A stretch of 64,000 nt of DNA from NCBI GenBank assembly GCA_963662795.1, contig OY759746.1, positions 2,048,001 to 2,112,000 on the forward strand, in the 5' to 3' direction. This document shows, in pieces, positions 20,838-31,717 of the stretch (positions are counted from its first letter, which is position 1; each line of letters opens with the position of its first letter). Origin of the DNA: Spirochaetia bacterium. GTDB lineage: Bacteria > Spirochaetota > Spirochaetia > CADAEX01. The notes below the pieces were generated by a model. That model saw only the letters and a program-made list of their open reading frames with translations, was not told the origin of the DNA and ran no database searches. Made by a program: the position numbers and the translations under genes.

Positions 20838-21317
20838 ATGAATAAACAACAGTTTGAAGTTACAAGTACCAATTTTAAAGATGGCGATTGGATACCTTTA
20901 AAGAATACTGCCAGAGGAGATGATCAATCTCCTCAATTTGAATTAAATAATATTACTGAGAAAGCTGTTACTTTATCTATTATCATGGATGATGCATCGC
21001 ATCCACTTTTTCCTGATTATAATCACTGGTTAATTTGGAATATTCCAATAATGAAAAATATTCCTTCTGCAATACCTAGGGGAAAGACCGTTGAATCCTT
21101 AAATGGAGCAAAACAGGGAATAGCCTATGGACGACATAGATATAAAGGTCCTAAACCACCATTTAAATGTATTCATACTTATACATTTAAATTTTATGTT
21201 TTAGATTGCATAATAGATTTATCAGCTAAAAGTAGGAAAAAAGATTTGCTTAGAGTAATGAATGGTCATATATTACAGCAAGCAACTATATCAGGGAAAT
21301 ATCAAAGTAAAAGATAA
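20838..21317 (+). CDS. YbhB/YbcL (PEBP) family protein
   Basis: HWLIWNIP, YKGPKPP and HTYTFKFYVLD motifs. Confidence 0.88.
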   Translation: MNKQQFEVTSTNFKDGDWIPLKNTARGDDQSPQFELNNITEKAVTLSIIMDDASHPLFPDYNHWLIWNIPIMKNIPSAIPRGKTVESLNGAKQGIAYGRHRYKGPKPPFKCIHTYTFKFYVLDCIIDLSAKSRKKDLLRVMNGHILQQATISGKYQSKR

Positions 21318-21343
21318 CTTAAAATAAAAAAGAATTGAGGACA

Positions 21344-21590
21344 GTCCGGCCTTGGCGTTGCCGTGCGGCCTGGACAAGACGCCCAGCCACAGCCGATAAC
21401 AGCGAATGGCCGGTTCCGGCTGTTTCTAAGGAAGCAGCCTCCACCCAAATTGCCGAAATAATAAATGTTAAGAATAATGGAATAGAGTATAAACTTTTGA
21501 AGTGAAAGACACCATCGGCAACTTCGGTCATTCGCGGGACGTTATTTGAAATGCCCCGTAGGAAAATATATCGCGCCGTCCTGGCGCGAT
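21344..21590 (+). repeat. Long attC-like composite site, core family IV
   Basis: AAC 21398-21400, GTT 21541-21543; alternative right hairpin TCGCGCCGTCCTGGCGCGA. Confidence 0.85.
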
Positions 21591-21635
21591 GGGAAATATT
21601 TAAGAATAATGTTAATTGGGAAAAGGAAAAGGCAT

Positions 21636-22046
21636 TTAAAGAGTATTAAGACCAGCTTTAATACAAGCTACTGTTAGTTCTTTATCTAAAGTTCCTATGG
21701 AACCCTGTTTTCTAATTCCAAGTTCCAGATAAGCAGCATCATAAGCACTTAAGTTATAGATCTGAGTGAGTTCCAGAAGTTTTTCAGTATATTCACTACC
21801 ATAATTTAAATCAGTTACAAAATTAAATGAAGAAAGAAGCTTATTAATATTTAGAACATCATTGTGTTTTAAGCGTTTTCTTTTTATGGCAGTTGTTAAA
21901 ACATTACTCATTTCATACCACCAAAGTAGTGGAATATAAACTTCATCATTTTCTTCAATATTTAAGAAAGATTTTTTAATACTTTCTGATTTTTCATCAG
22001 GAAGAAATAGAGATGCACAAAAAGAGCAATCAAGAATATATATCAT
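21636..22046 (-). CDS. vapC: PIN-domain toxin VapC (inverted within cassette)
   Basis: ILDCS, LSAYDAAYLEL and TLDKEL; likely start MIYILD at 22046. Confidence 0.85.
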   Translation of the reverse strand: MIYILDCSFCASLFLPDEKSESIKKSFLNIEENDEVYIPLLWWYEMSNVLTTAIKRKRLKHNDVLNINKLLSSFNFVTDLNYGSEYTEKLLELTQIYNLSAYDAAYLELGIRKQGSIGTLDKELTVACIKAGLNTL

Positions 22047-22047
22047 T

Positions 22048-22278
22048 TCATTTCCTGCCAGATTTAATAGCTTCGAGTATATTAAATTTCTCGTTTGAAG
22101 AGTTTTGATATTGAAATAATTGTGCAATAATATCTTTTCGTAGATGATTATCATCCGAAAAAGGAATTATTTTAGCAACAGGTTTACCTCTTTTTGTTAT
22201 GGTATAGTTTTTACCTTTTTGAACCTCTTCAATTATTTCGGAAAAATGTGTTTTAGCATCGAAAGTGCCAATATTCAT
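22048..22278 (-). CDS. Phd/YefM-family antitoxin
   Basis: DAKTHFSEII..ITKRGKPVAKI motif. Confidence 0.88.
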   Translation of the reverse strand: MNIGTFDAKTHFSEIIEEVQKGKNYTITKRGKPVAKIIPFSDDNHLRKDIIAQLFQYQNSSNEKFNILEAIKSGRK

Positions 22279-22400
22279 AAAGACCTCTTATAGACTAGTA
22301 TAGTAAACCAGTATTAAGAAGTCAATGAATATGTTGAAGAAAATTAGTAATTAAAGAAGTAGAAATATTTAATTTTGTAAGATATAGCGCTAAAGCAAGA

Positions 22401-22663
22401 AAGCCTATAGACGTCCTGTCTATAGGCTTAATACGGGGCACTTCAAATAACAGAGGATAATTCGCTGCGCTCGGTTTCCCTCGCTTGGCCTGCGGCACAC
22501 ATCGTAGGGTTTGAACCACAACTTCAATGAACAACCATTTTTGGGGAAAATAATACAACTTTTAGATTTTCATGGTTATTCTACGATGCGTCGCTTATCC
22601 TCAGGACGTTCTCCGAAATACCGCCCCAAGAAGAGATCGCCCGGACCTCCGGCCAACGGGCGA
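22401..22663 (+). repeat. Long attC-like composite site, core family II
   Basis: AAC 22449-22451, GTT 22608-22610; alternative left hairpin GCCTATAGACGTCCTGTCTATAGGC. Confidence 0.85.
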
Positions 22664-22769
22664 AGATAGGGTGAGATATTAAAGAATACACTATATAATA
22701 TAATAAAAAGTATTGTAAAAACTTGAATAATAGTGCTGTATATCGTATTATATAAAACAGGATGAAACT

Positions 22770-23027
22770 ATGAAGAATATAATAACTGCAAATGATCTAA
22801 AAGTAAGAGGAATCTCAATAATAGATGAGGTAAGCTCTTCTAACCAGGAAGTTGTAATTACTGTTCATGGAAAGGATAAATATGTTGTTTTGCCCATAGA
22901 TGAATACAACCAATTAAGAGAATATGAACTTGATGCGGCGATAAAAGAATCCCAGGAAGATCTTAAAAATGGGAGAATTATTGAAGAATCTGTTGAAAAG
23001 CATATCAAGAGAATAAGAAGTGTATAA
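22770..23027 (+). CDS. Phd/YefM-family antitoxin
   Basis: ITANDLK..VVITVHGKDKYVV; overlaps toxin. Confidence 0.82.
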   Translation: MKNIITANDLKVRGISIIDEVSSSNQEVVITVHGKDKYVVLPIDEYNQLREYELDAAIKESQEDLKNGRIIEESVEKHIKRIRSV

Positions 23028-23292
23028 AATTATATATACAGAAAGCTATGTAAAAAGGGCAAAAAAATTTGCCCAGAAACATCCGGAATTATTAAATCAG
23101 TATAAAAAAACACTCCAATTACTTGAACTAAATCCTTCACATCCATCATTAAGGCTTCATAAGCTGGAAGGAATATTTTCGGAATATTATAGTGTATCAA
23201 TAAATATGACTTACAGAATAACAATAGATTTTCTGATAAAAGAAAAGGAGATTATTCCAATAAATGTTGGAAAACACGAAGAAGTCTATTAA
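23020..23292 (+). CDS. RelE/YafQ-like mRNA interferase toxin
   Basis: NPSHPSLRLHKLEG, SINMTYRI and VGKHEEVY motifs. Confidence 0.85.
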   Translation: MYKIIYTESYVKRAKKFAQKHPELLNQYKKTLQLLELNPSHPSLRLHKLEGIFSEYYSVSINMTYRITIDFLIKEKEIIPINVGKHEEVY

Positions 23293-23316
23293 ATACTCTT
23301 AGCTTTTTTTAACAAA

Positions 23317-23874
23317 ATGAAAATACATATATTAGGTCCGTCAGGATCAGGAACATCGACACTTGGAGAAACAATATCTACAAAATATAATTCTCCATGG
23401 TTTGACTCAGATAATTTCTTTTGGGAGAAAACAGACCCACCATTTTTGAAGAAGCGAACAAAAGAAGATCGCGTAAAATTATTGGAAAAAGAACTTAATA
23501 AAACTGATAGTTGGGTATTGAGTGGTTCAGTAATTGGATGGGGTGATTTTATAAAAGAAAAATTGGATCTGGTAATATATTTGTATATTGAACCCGAGAC
23601 AAGAATAAAACGTTTAATAAATAGGGAGCGGGTTATTTATGGAAATAGAATTGATCCAGGAAATGATATGTATCAAATTCATATTGATTTTATAGAATGG
23701 GCTCTAAGTTATGAAACTGACAACATGAATACGAGAAGTAGAAAAAGTGAAAAAGAATGGATGAAAGATTTGAAATGTAAAATTATAAAAATTGAAGAAG
23801 AAATATCATTGCAGAAAGAAATGGAAATTGTTTCAAAAGAAATTGACTTGTTGTTTATAAATATCGATAAATAA
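23317..23874 (+). CDS. Adenylate kinase-like P-loop NTPase
   Basis: GPSGSGTST, DSDNFFW and WVLSGS motifs. Confidence 0.8.
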   Translation: MKIHILGPSGSGTSTLGETISTKYNSPWFDSDNFFWEKTDPPFLKKRTKEDRVKLLEKELNKTDSWVLSGSVIGWGDFIKEKLDLVIYLYIEPETRIKRLINRERVIYGNRIDPGNDMYQIHIDFIEWALSYETDNMNTRSRKSEKEWMKDLKCKIIKIEEEISLQKEMEIVSKEIDLLFINIDK

Positions 23875-23914
23875 TTATCAGAAAGTTATTTTAATAAAAA
23901 TATTAAATAATTAA

Positions 23915-24205
23915 TCCAAGCCTTGGCGTTGCCGTGCGGCTTGGAAGAGAGGGGCGGTACTTCGGAGAACAGCGATTATTTCGCTGCGCTCCCTATGGTA
24001 GCTTGGGCTCCTGCCAGTCGAACCGGCAGATCGCCATATTTTGTTTTCATAAAACCAGAACTGCATGTATTTTATGCTTTTTAATTTTAAAAAAATTAAA
24101 AAAATGTATTTTTAAAGTTTAGCCGCAAAACATCGAATAATCGCGAGACGTTATCCACAATATCATCGCAAGAAAGCGCCGCCCGGACCTCCGGCCAACG
24201 GGCGA
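23915..24205 (+). repeat. Long attC-like composite site, core family III
   Basis: AAC 23968-23970, GTT 24150-24152. Confidence 0.88.
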
Positions 24206-24207
24206 AG

Positions 24208-24279
24208 AAAGTAGAATCTGCTGTATAATATACTTTATACATAACATATATAGTATACTAGTTATTTAATATGTTATGC
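24208..24279 (+). other. Conserved internal leader ending in attI-like crossover (carrier cassette 2)
   Basis: TAGTTATTTAATAT-GTTATGC, GTT at 24273. Confidence 0.7.
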
Positions 24280-24708
24280 TGCACATAAGAAAAATATACA
24301 ATAATTTAATTTGGAGGAAATTATGAATGTTCATAAACTAAGAATTCTATTGCTAAATGTAATTATTATTTTGATCAGTTGCCAAACAATGAATGGTGGT
24401 GATAAACCTTTCTTATTGCAAGGGCCAAAAGAGACAGTTGTTAAAAAGCAGAATTATATTGCTAACGAACTAAAACGAATATTCTTAACAAATGAGAGAA
24501 TTGCAAATGGTGATTCATCAATTGATGAAATTTATAAAAACTATATTGAATCTGTAAATTCTGTAAAAATAGAAGTTGAGAAAGCTTTAAATGAATTTAC
24601 TTCTAAACCTGGTAACATGAAAAATAACAAAAAAATATATACTTACTTTACAAAATTATCATCTTTGGCTGAACTTCAAAATATATTCAGTGATAGTTTA
24701 AATAAACT

Positions 24709-25983
24709 CATAGGTGTCCAAAACAATCATAACAGCTCCAGTTGAAGATTGAAACTAGTTTTTTTAGTCTGTTCTGAAGGCGGTTTATTGAGAACAGTCC
24801 AGATATCTTTTCTTGATGTCAGTATTACAGGAATCAATTTCATCAGTGAAAAATGAGTCCATTTTCTACATGAAAACATTTTAAGGAACTGAAGTAACAG
24901 AAAAGCAATTAGGGCAATCCAGATTTGTGTCATTACAGCATTTCTGGAAGTACCAAAGAATTTCTTGATCTTGAGGTTCTGTTTGATAGTTTTAAAAAAT
25001 ATTTCAATCTGCCATCTGTCTTTGTAAACAGCAGCAATTGTTGTTGGAGACCAAAGGAAATTATTGGTAAGAATTACAATATATTTACCGGTTTCAGGAT
25101 CTCTGCTTCTGATTCGTCTTAATTTTAACGGGCATTTTTTACTGGTGTAAAATCCTTTCATTTCTATGATCTGATCAGATGTAATATTTTTAAAGGAGGA
25201 GGTATCTTTTCTCTGGACAATTTTATAATCAGCATTCTTTTTTAACCTGGTAACAAAATAAATACCGGTATTACAATAATTTGCGAATAATTTAAAGTCA
25301 GTATAACCACGATCAAACGTGATGACATCGCCTTTGTTGAAAGCCATTTTTTTCAAGGAATTGACTTCATGTGTTTTTGCAGTTGTAACTGATACAAAAG
25401 CTGGAATATATCCACTATGGTCAAGTTTTACATTAAGTTTTATTCCGCCTTTATATTTTCTGAAATTTGCCCATGGAAAGAGATTTAAACACAAGTCAAT
25501 AGTTGATGCATCAACACTGTAAAGAGGATTTTTAAATTTATGTTTATGCGCTCTCTTCATGGATAATATCTTATCAAGAAGATCAGTGAAAACATTTTCA
25601 TAAACTTCACAGCTTCTATTATTATTTGCGTAAGATAATGTAGAGCGTTTTACCTTTTTTACACCCATATGATAAAGGTGGTTACTGATTGATTCAAAAG
25701 AGTTTTCAATGCCTCTTAACCCGGTCTGTCCTGAAAGTTGTGCAAAGAGCATGGAGACAAAATGCTGCCAACAGGTAAAACCTTTGGAAGCAAAGTCCCC
25801 TTTATGTTTTTTTACAGATTTTTCAAATTCATGTCTCGGAATTATTTGTAGAATTTGTTTTAAAATGGTATTATTGTAACTCATTGCCTGATTTCCTTTT
25901 CCTGTAAAGAATTAGCCGTCCAAGCTTAATTCATTATAGTTGGGATTTCAGGCAATTAATAGTCCTTGTTTTGGACACCTATG
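24709..25983 (-). mobile_element. IS4-family insertion sequence, copy 3
   Basis: Same IRs; target duplication AAATAAACT. Confidence 0.93.
24727..25884 (-). CDS. IS4-family DDE transposase
   Basis: Protein identical to copies 1 and 2. Confidence 0.93.
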   Translation of the reverse strand: MSYNNTILKQILQIIPRHEFEKSVKKHKGDFASKGFTCWQHFVSMLFAQLSGQTGLRGIENSFESISNHLYHMGVKKVKRSTLSYANNNRSCEVYENVFTDLLDKILSMKRAHKHKFKNPLYSVDASTIDLCLNLFPWANFRKYKGGIKLNVKLDHSGYIPAFVSVTTAKTHEVNSLKKMAFNKGDVITFDRGYTDFKLFANYCNTGIYFVTRLKKNADYKIVQRKDTSSFKNITSDQIIEMKGFYTSKKCPLKLRRIRSRDPETGKYIVILTNNFLWSPTTIAAVYKDRWQIEIFFKTIKQNLKIKKFFGTSRNAVMTQIWIALIAFLLLQFLKMFSCRKWTHFSLMKLIPVILTSRKDIWTVLNKPPSEQTKKTSFNLQLELL

Positions 25984-26604
25984 AAATAAACTATATAATG
26001 AAAATGGTGGAAAATATAATGTCCTTGGTTCAGATAAGTATGCACAAAATAAACATTATTTTGAAAATGAAGAGCAGTTATTACTATTTTTCAATAATAA
26101 ATATCCTGAAATTGAAAAATCATTTACTATTGTAAATGATGTTTTAGCAACAGTTGATATTGAGAAAGAGAATATTCTTAAGTATTCAAAAGAGCATGAA
26201 TACAGTGAATTGCTAAAATTTGTTGAAGAAAAATATAACAAACAATTAACAATGTCTCTTAGTAAAATAGTTGGTGAAAATACTTTGTTATCTGCAGCGA
26301 TATTTAATAATTACAGCAATGATCGATTGTATTATCTTGGTAATGCATTTGAACAATTACAATTATTAGAAGACGGGATTTTGATTATTGCAACATCAAA
26401 TTTAAATTCATATAGTTTCTTCTTAAAAACAGAAGAAAAGAATCCAGATGGATATAGATTCACTGATAAAGATTTTGTGTTCATTGATGGATTGTATGAA
26501 TATGAAAGCTTAACAGGAAGAAAAACAGTTTATAAATTAATTCATGTAAAAGCACTAAAAGAATACTATTTCATCTAGATAAAAATTAAAAATTGAAGAG
26601 TTCA

Positions 26605-26701
26605 GCATAATATTCAATTGGATCAGACAAACCTACCTGTCATGGTTTTTGCATTCGCAAAAACACACGCCAGTTTACGGTTTGCAGGTCAATTGGGCGT
26701 T
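26605..26701 (+). repeat. Short canonical-type attC site, split at its GTT by IS1182
   Basis: CAGCATAAT (complements cassette start GTTATGCTG, AAC mutated to AAT)..ATTGGATC...GGTCAAT-tgggc-GTT. Confidence 0.7.
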
Positions 26702-28457
26702 GAGGCTGTAGATAAAGTGTAAATTTTCAACAATTGCTTTATATCCAGATATTCCCATGATAAAATTCTATCAGACTGGGAGATTACAAAATGGGTAAAT
26801 ACAAAGAGTATTCTTATGAACAAAAAGTGCTGCTGCCGATAGATTTTTCCGAGCAGGTTCTTCCCGGAACCTTTGAACACACACTCAATTTTCTCATTGA
26901 CCGGGAAATTGATTTAACCATGTTTTATGAAAAACATAAAAATGATGAAAATGGAGCTCCCGCCTACGATCCGGCGATCTTACTGAAGATAATTCTTTTT
27001 GCTTATTCACGGGGAATTATTTCCAGCAGAAGAATTGCCCGATTATGTCGGGAAAATGTCGTTTGCATGTCCCTCTCCGCAGATACCCGGCCGCACTTTA
27101 GCACCATAGCTGATTTTATTTCTACGATGGATAAAGAAATCGCTCCCCTGTTTACCCGGATTCTCTCGGTCTGTTACGCCAATAACGTCATCGATAAAAA
27201 CATGTTTGCCATCGACGGCTGCAAGATTTCTTCCAATTGCTCAAAGGAATGGAGCGGAACGAAAAAAGAACTGCTAAAAAAAGCGGGAAAGATAGAGGAA
27301 TCTATCAAATACCTGTTGGAAAAACATAAACAGGAAGATAAAAGCCGGTATAGTCAAAGTCAGGAAGAGAAAGAAAAGGCTTCGATAGAGAAACTGAAAG
27401 CTAAATCCCAAAAGATCCATGACTGACTGAACTCAAATGACGATAGAATGGGAAGCCAGGGGAAACCAATAAAAAGCAATATTACCGACAATGAAAGCGC
27501 GAAGATGTCCACCTCCCATGGAGTTATCCAGGGTTATAACGGAATTGCGGCGGTTGATGAAAAGAACCAATTAATCGTTTGGGCGGAAGCATTTGGCGAC
27601 AGCAATGAATCCAAACATTTCCCCGAGATTCTGGATGGAATAAAAAACAATTTTAAATCGATTCAGGCATCGGAAGATATCTTGAAAGAAACAGTGATTA
27701 CCGCCGACAGCGGTTTTCATAATGATAATAATATGAAGCTGATTGTGGAAAATAACCTGACAGCCTTTGTCGCGGACAACCAGTTTCGAAAGAGGGATGT
27801 GAGATTTGCATCAGCCCAGAAACATAAACAAAAACCTGTCACGAATTGGGAACCTGCCAAAGGGAAAAAATATTACTCAGTAGATGATTTTATCTATGAT
27901 GAAAATACAAAGAAATTAATGTGCCCAGCTGGTTTCGAAATGAAACTGAAGTGCAGGAACTTTCAAAGCTCTGGCTATAGTGGAACATCCTACATAGGGA
28001 GAAAGGAAAACTGCTTAACCTGTCCGCTAAGAAAGAAGTGTATACGTAAAGAGAGCACGGAAGTCAGACAGGTGACCAGGTTTGATAGTAGTCGGGGAAA
28101 AGAAAAGGTCTCATTTACAGAACGAATGAGGAGAGTCTTTGACGCGCCTGAAGGTCGGAGTATCTACAGTAAAAGAATGGGTACTGTAGAACCGGTGTTT
28201 GGAAATATCCGATCGACACTGGGGTTAAATTATTTTACACTGCGAAGTAAGAATAAGGTAAATGTTCAATGGTTGCTTTTCTGTATTGTGCATAACATTG
28301 GAAAAATACAGAGGTATGCGGAAGCATAGGGGAAAATAGAGGATGAAATGAATCAGGGATTACATTTTGACCTCACAAGACAATCTTATGGACTTTATGA
28401 TCTTGTAGAATGGGAGAAGTAAATGAAGATTGAAAATCGGGGTTTTTCTACAGCCTC
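26702..28457 (+). mobile_element. IS1182-family insertion sequence
   Basis: IRs GAGGCTGTAGATAAA / TTTTTCTACAGCCTC; flanked by GTT on both sides; higher GC than surroundings. Confidence 0.85.
26791..28329 (+). pseudogene. IS1182-family transposase with in-frame TGA at 27424-27426
   Basis: GAPAYDP..LLK, AIDGCKI, ADSGF and RMGTVEPVFGNIR; both ORF halves are in the same frame. Confidence 0.85.
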
Positions 28458-28481
28458 GTTATATCGAAAAAGGTATTAAAA

Positions 28482-29876
28482 ATGATTAGACAGAAAGAAA
28501 TTGAGAGAATAAGACAAAATAGAGTTAAGTGGTTTTGCCATCATGTGAAAATATTCCAGGAAAACATTAAAGATGGAATTTCACTTGAAGGCCATGGAAC
28601 TTTGGAAGTGAATGATAGGGGTAGTCTGTACATCGATTTCATTTGCACAAGGTCAAATATCCGGCCTGATTTTAGGGAATCTATACCAAATGATACACTA
28701 GATACAAATGCTTTACTGATACTTAATGCCGAAACAATAACTGGAATCAAAATTACATCAAAAAATATTATTATAAAGCCTCAATTATTCAATTCAATGC
28801 AACCAGAACCAACATATTATAGAATACCTCTAGACGAAATAATATCAACAACTGAAGATAAGTCATCATATCAAAATCAGTCTATGATTATTGAATGCCA
28901 TGAAAATTTATTAATTCCTTCAAATAAATCGAATAGCATTGTATCAACATTAGGGAATGAATCACATAGTTGGAATGAAACAGAATTAAATATTGCTGAA
29001 AATAAAATCAATATAATAAAGCACGATAATTATTCAGAAATAATTATACGAGGAGAAAGTTTTGAAGAACAAGAATACCTTGAATCAATACTCTTGTATT
29101 TAAAAATAACAAGCGGAAATAATTTACAACCATATTACATATCAGTTCATAAAGAAAATATTATTAATGAAAAAGTTATTAGCATAGACTTAAATAATCT
29201 AAATAAAAGTATACCTTCACCTATTCCAGAAAATGCTGCTGATGTAAAAGGATATAGGTTGGATAACTACCATTATGATTTATTAGAAAATATTATAAAG
29301 ATAAAACAATCTTCGGAACATTATTTTACTACAATAGCATCTCACTGGCATAATATATGGTCAGCATTTCATGTGAAGAATCTATATATACCTAATTTAG
29401 TCTTATCTTTATCAATAGAAGGTATATTAAACGATATATTTATTCCTGTTTTAGAAAAAGTAACAATGGATTCTGAATTTGAAAAAATAAAAAAAGAAAT
29501 AAATTGTAAAATATCAAAAATTGATGGAATAGAAGAAAAGTATATAAAAAATATTAATGATTATGTAAATAGATGGGGAAATATTCATCCTAAAAAAGCA
29601 TTAGAAATTCTACAAGAGAAAGACCTCATTGAGAAAAAGCAAAAAGAGATATGGGAAATTTTAAGAAATAAATCAGCACATCCAAGAAATTCTGATAATC
29701 TTAAAACAATCAGAAAAAAGGATTATGAAAGATTAGTAGTATGCCTTGGATTGTTTTATGTTTTAATTCTAAATGTTTTTAAATTTGAGGGTGCACAATT
29801 TTCTTTTGCAAAAATTAAAGATGAGAAAATAGTGCTAAATCCTTATATAAACATATTGTACAATAATTCGATATAA
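28482..29876 (+). CDS. Hypothetical protein, ApeA/HEPN-like (nested cargo)
   Basis: 464 aa; SIEGIL followed by LRNKSAH (Rx4H) in the C-terminal part. Confidence 0.6.
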   Translation: MIRQKEIERIRQNRVKWFCHHVKIFQENIKDGISLEGHGTLEVNDRGSLYIDFICTRSNIRPDFRESIPNDTLDTNALLILNAETITGIKITSKNIIIKPQLFNSMQPEPTYYRIPLDEIISTTEDKSSYQNQSMIIECHENLLIPSNKSNSIVSTLGNESHSWNETELNIAENKINIIKHDNYSEIIIRGESFEEQEYLESILLYLKITSGNNLQPYYISVHKENIINEKVISIDLNNLNKSIPSPIPENAADVKGYRLDNYHYDLLENIIKIKQSSEHYFTTIASHWHNIWSAFHVKNLYIPNLVLSLSIEGILNDIFIPVLEKVTMDSEFEKIKKEINCKISKIDGIEEKYIKNINDYVNRWGNIHPKKALEILQEKDLIEKKQKEIWEILRNKSAHPRNSDNLKTIRKKDYERLVVCLGLFYVLILNVFKFEGAQFSFAKIKDEKIVLNPYINILYNNSI

Positions 29877-29934
29877 CAATCGCATGAACCAGATTTTCGC
29901 CATGTACGGAAAACAGGTTATGGGGGCGTTATAA
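29871..29934 (+). repeat. Short canonical attC site (64 bp)
   Basis: TTCGATATAAC complements cassette start GTTATATCGAA (28458); ATGAACC..GGTTAT-gggggc-GTTATAA. Confidence 0.85.
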
Positions 29935-29954
29935 AAAAAATAGAAACGGGGGAA

Positions 29955-30200
29955 GTCCGGCCTTGGCGTTGCCGTGCGGCCCTGGACAAGAAGCGATGAT
30001 ACTGGTGGATAACAGCGGTTAAAGCGCTGCACTCGGAGTACCTCGCTTGGGCTTCGCCATAAAGGCGCGAACAAATACAGGTTAGGTCTAGAGTAATCAA
30101 TAAAACTTGTTTATTTTAAAGCAAGTGCGCCTTCATCGCTTAACCGCGGGACGTTAGTAGCAATACCCCGCCAAGAGAGAAGCGTGCCGTCCTGGCACGC
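29955..30200 (+). repeat. Long attC-like composite site, core family I variant
   Basis: AAC 30011-30013, GTT 30153-30155; right hairpin GCGTGCCGTCCTGGCACGC. Confidence 0.85.
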
Positions 30201-30246
30201 AAGAATACAAATATAATTATTTTTAACTAATAAGAGAGAAAGAAAA

Positions 30247-30747
30247 ATGAAAACATTAAATGATTATGTATCAGAGTACAAAAAGCAAATGGAGAAGAGT
30301 GATATTCAAAAAGCCTATAGAGGAATCATTGATTACATGATGAGCCTTAGAACATATTTTGAAAAAAATTATAGTGATTATTTTGTTTCCGGAAGCCTTT
30401 ACAATGGTTATATGGATATGACTTATTTCTCTCTTACACCAGCATTTTTAAAAGAAAAAAAATTAAAAATAGCTATAGTTTTTATACATGAGAATATAAG
30501 TTTTGAAGTTTGGCTTTCAGGATACAATAAAAGCATACAGAAAAAGTATTGGAAGTATTTTAAAGAAAGGAAATGGAATAAATATCTTATACCAGATGAT
30601 ATAAATGGAAAAGATTCAATAATTGAATACATTATTGAAGATAAACCTAATTTCGATAATTTAAACTTTTTAACACGAAAAATAGAGAAAGAAGTCCTCA
30701 TATTTATTAAGGATATAATAAAATTGTTAGAAAAAGAAACTGAATAG
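30247..30747 (+). CDS. Hypothetical protein
   Basis: Intact 166-aa ORF with GYMDMTYF and FEVWLSGYN motifs. Confidence 0.7.
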   Translation: MKTLNDYVSEYKKQMEKSDIQKAYRGIIDYMMSLRTYFEKNYSDYFVSGSLYNGYMDMTYFSLTPAFLKEKKLKIAIVFIHENISFEVWLSGYNKSIQKKYWKYFKERKWNKYLIPDDINGKDSIIEYIIEDKPNFDNLNFLTRKIEKEVLIFIKDIIKLLEKETE

Positions 30748-30802
30748 AAAACTTGATTAATAGTATAAACATAGTATATACTATTAATCAAGGATGATTT
30801 AT

Positions 30803-31039
30803 ATGGAAACTGTAATTAAGAAATGGGGTAATAGCCTGGGAGTAAGAATACCAAGTCTTATGGCTAAAGATTTATCTTTAAAAGACGGCTCATTTGTAGA
30901 AATTGAAGAAGAAGGGGATAAAATAGTCATAAAACAAAAGAAAAAGACTAATTTAAATGAAATGCTAAGGAGCATTGATATTAATAATCTTCATGGCGAA
31001 ATAGATACAAATAGTCCGGTAGGAAATGAAATATGGTAA
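30803..31039 (+). CDS. mazE: MazE antitoxin
   Basis: KKWGNSLGVRIP motif. Confidence 0.9.
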   Translation: METVIKKWGNSLGVRIPSLMAKDLSLKDGSFVEIEEEGDKIVIKQKKKTNLNEMLRSIDINNLHGEIDTNSPVGNEIW

Positions 31040-31374
31040 AGAAGGTCTATATTCCTGAAAGGGGAGATATAATCTGGTTAGATTTTACACCGCAATCAGG
31101 CCATGAACAGATGGGGAAAAGACCTGCAATTGTAGTTTCCCCAAAAGAATATAATGAAAAAGTAGGACTAGGACTATTTTGTCCCATAACAAGTAAAGAA
31201 AAAGGTTATCCATTTGAAGTGAAGATAGAAAATAAGAAAATAGATGGAGTTATATTATCAGATCAGCTTAAAAGTCTTGATTGGAAGAGCCGAAATGCAG
31301 AGTTTATAGTAAAAGCAAAAAAAGAAGAAATAAATGAAGTTATAGAAAAAATCAGTGTATTGATATTTGTATAA
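31033..31374 (+). CDS. mazF: MazF endoribonuclease toxin
   Basis: PERGDIIWLDFTPQSGHEQMGKRPA and DQLKSLDW motifs. Confidence 0.93.
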   Translation: MVKKVYIPERGDIIWLDFTPQSGHEQMGKRPAIVVSPKEYNEKVGLGLFCPITSKEKGYPFEVKIENKKIDGVILSDQLKSLDWKSRNAEFIVKAKKEEINEVIEKISVLIFV

Positions 31375-31390
31375 AAACCCCAGAAAAAGA

Positions 31391-31676
31391 AACCAAGCTG
31401 CCGTCCATGGCATCTTGGTTAAGGCGGGGTACTGCTACTAACAGCGATTATTTCGCTGCGCGCCCGATGGTCGCTTGGGCTCCTGCCAGTTGAGCTGGCA
31501 GATCGCCATATTTTGTTTTCATAAAACCTGAACGATATATGTTTTATGCTTTTTATGTTTGAAAAACCAAATAAATGTATTTTTAGAGTTTAGCCACAAA
31601 ACATCGAATAATCGCGAAACGTTATCCACAATGCCCCCACAAGAGAAAATCGCCCGGACCTCCGGCCGACGGGCGA
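31391..31676 (+). repeat. Long attC-like composite site, core family III
   Basis: AAC 31440-31442, GTT 31621-31623. Confidence 0.85.
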
Positions 31677-31717
31677 AGAAAATAGCTGTACAATATATTT
31701 TATAGAAGGAGTTATAA

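Larger units (their letters stand above)
24323..26578 (+). pseudogene. Putative lipoprotein interrupted by IS4 copy 3 (nested cargo)
   Basis: GGAGG then ATG 24323; signal peptide ending IILISC; frame rejoins ORF 26210-26578 once the IS is removed. Confidence 0.7.
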
